Assembly (NCBI GenBank): GCA_963812605.1
Contig: CAWEWF010000014.1
Coordinates: forward strand, 32,001-96,000
Direction: 5' to 3'
Source: an uncultured Verrucomicrobiae bacterium
GTDB lineage: Bacteria > Verrucomicrobiota > Verrucomicrobiia > Palsa-1439
DNA length: 64,000 nucleotides
Positions 62,953 to 64,000 of the stretch are shown piece after piece. Numbering within the stretch: position 1 is the first letter of the stretch; each line of letters starts with the position of its first letter. The position numbers and the translations under genes are program-made. Under the pieces are notes generated by a model. The model was given only the letters and a program-made list of their open reading frames with translations. It was not told the DNA's origin and ran no database searches.

Positions 62953-63991
62953 GTGAAACGAACCGTAACAATGAACGACATTGCCCAGAAAACGGGTTTA
63001 TCGGCGATGACCGTCTCCCGAGTCCTCGCTGGCAAGAAATGGGTATCGAAGTCTACCCAGGATCGGGTTCTTCAAGTCGCGAAAGAACTCGACTATCGCA
63101 TGAACTCGCTGCCCCGCCAATTGCGGACCAATCGTAGCGAGCTAATTGGAGTGATCGCTCCTTTTAGCGGATTCGTCACGAGCTATTATTTTGGGCTGAT
63201 CCTGTGCGGGATGAACCACGCTCTGGATGGTACCCACTACCACTTGACTTTCTATGACAGCACATCCGGAAACTTGGACACGGTGGCGAAATGCCCGGAG
63301 CTTCTGTCGCGAAGGACGGGTTGACGGGTTGATTGTTGTGGATCCGACCGGTCGTGAGGACTTCTCGAAAACCTTTGTCAACCTGGGCATGCCTATGGTG
63401 GTCGTAGGTGCTTCGTACGGTAATCAGCGGATTAGTTACATCGATATGGACAATTACCAGGGCGCCGTGCTTGCCACTGAGCATCTAATTGCTCTGGGAC
63501 ATCGCCGGATCGGCTTTTGCGGTGGAATTGTTGAGCACGTCGATGCGATAGAACGCGAACGGGCGTTCCGCAAGACAATGCGCAGGCATGGCTTGCCGGT
63601 GATCGAGAAATGGGTTCTTCACTGCGACTTTGAAATGCGTAAAGCGCTGCATGCGGGACTAAAGTTGCTCGATACCCGCGATCGCCCCACCGGCATTTTC
63701 TCCGCAAATGACGTTATGGCTTTTGGTTTGATTGACGCTGCAAGGATTCTTGGACTGGCTGTGCCAAGCGATTTGTCCGTGGCTGGATTCGATGACATTG
63801 ATGACGCTGCAGCATTTCTACCGCCACTGACTACGGTGGGCCAGCCGATTCAGGAAATTGGCCGCACGGCGGTGGCCTATCTTCTGGGGGCCATTGGCAA
63901 CCCCCGTCCTCCCATCCTCCACCAGAGACTACCTGCGCAACTTTTCATACGTGCGTCGACCGCGGCGCCGCCCAAGACCGGCGGTTCGTGA
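62953..63991 (+). CDS. LacI-family transcriptional regulator; frameshift near 63310
   Basis: TMNDIAQKTGLSAMTVSRVL HTH; VDGLI, GHRRIG, ND.MA, VPSDLSVAGFDD, PLTTV.QP. Confidence 0.92.
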
Positions 63992-64000
63992 GCCCTTCAC

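Noticed and set aside
1-64000. CRISPR array or rRNA
   Set aside because: No regularly spaced repeats with unique spacers, no cas genes and no rRNA-like sequence seen.

Overview
GC-rich bacterial DNA, most likely Verrucomicrobiota/PVC. This is an inference from the DUF1559/H-X9-DG prepilin-like gene and the type of secreted proteins. Many genes are split by single-base frameshifts, which most likely reflect long-read indel errors rather than true pseudogenes. Layout: (1) 1-19 kb, an alpha-glucan degradation cluster (GH13, GH15, a ~2,950-aa GH13+GH57-like chimera, a GH57/GH119-like enzyme). (2) 19-47 kb, mostly core genes, dotted with REP-type palindromes (several inside intact reading frames), a RAYT transposase element and a four-helix-bundle gene inserted in an SPFH operon. 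(3) 47.4-49.4 kb, an AT-richer coupled operon of a sensor-less histidine kinase, a lone receiver and a receiver-TIR fusion. This is my best candidate for an undescribed system: a phosphorelay-gated TIR effector, possibly for anti-phage defence. (4) From ~51.1 kb, an island integrated at tRNA-Ser, with integrase, IS1380, HicBA-like pair, excisionase-like gene and probably a LacI-regulated carbohydrate module. Six unrelated secreted proteins across the window share a C-terminal domain ending in [FY]Y[RK][VI], a candidate sorting signal. All family calls come from motifs read by eye; no database searches were run.
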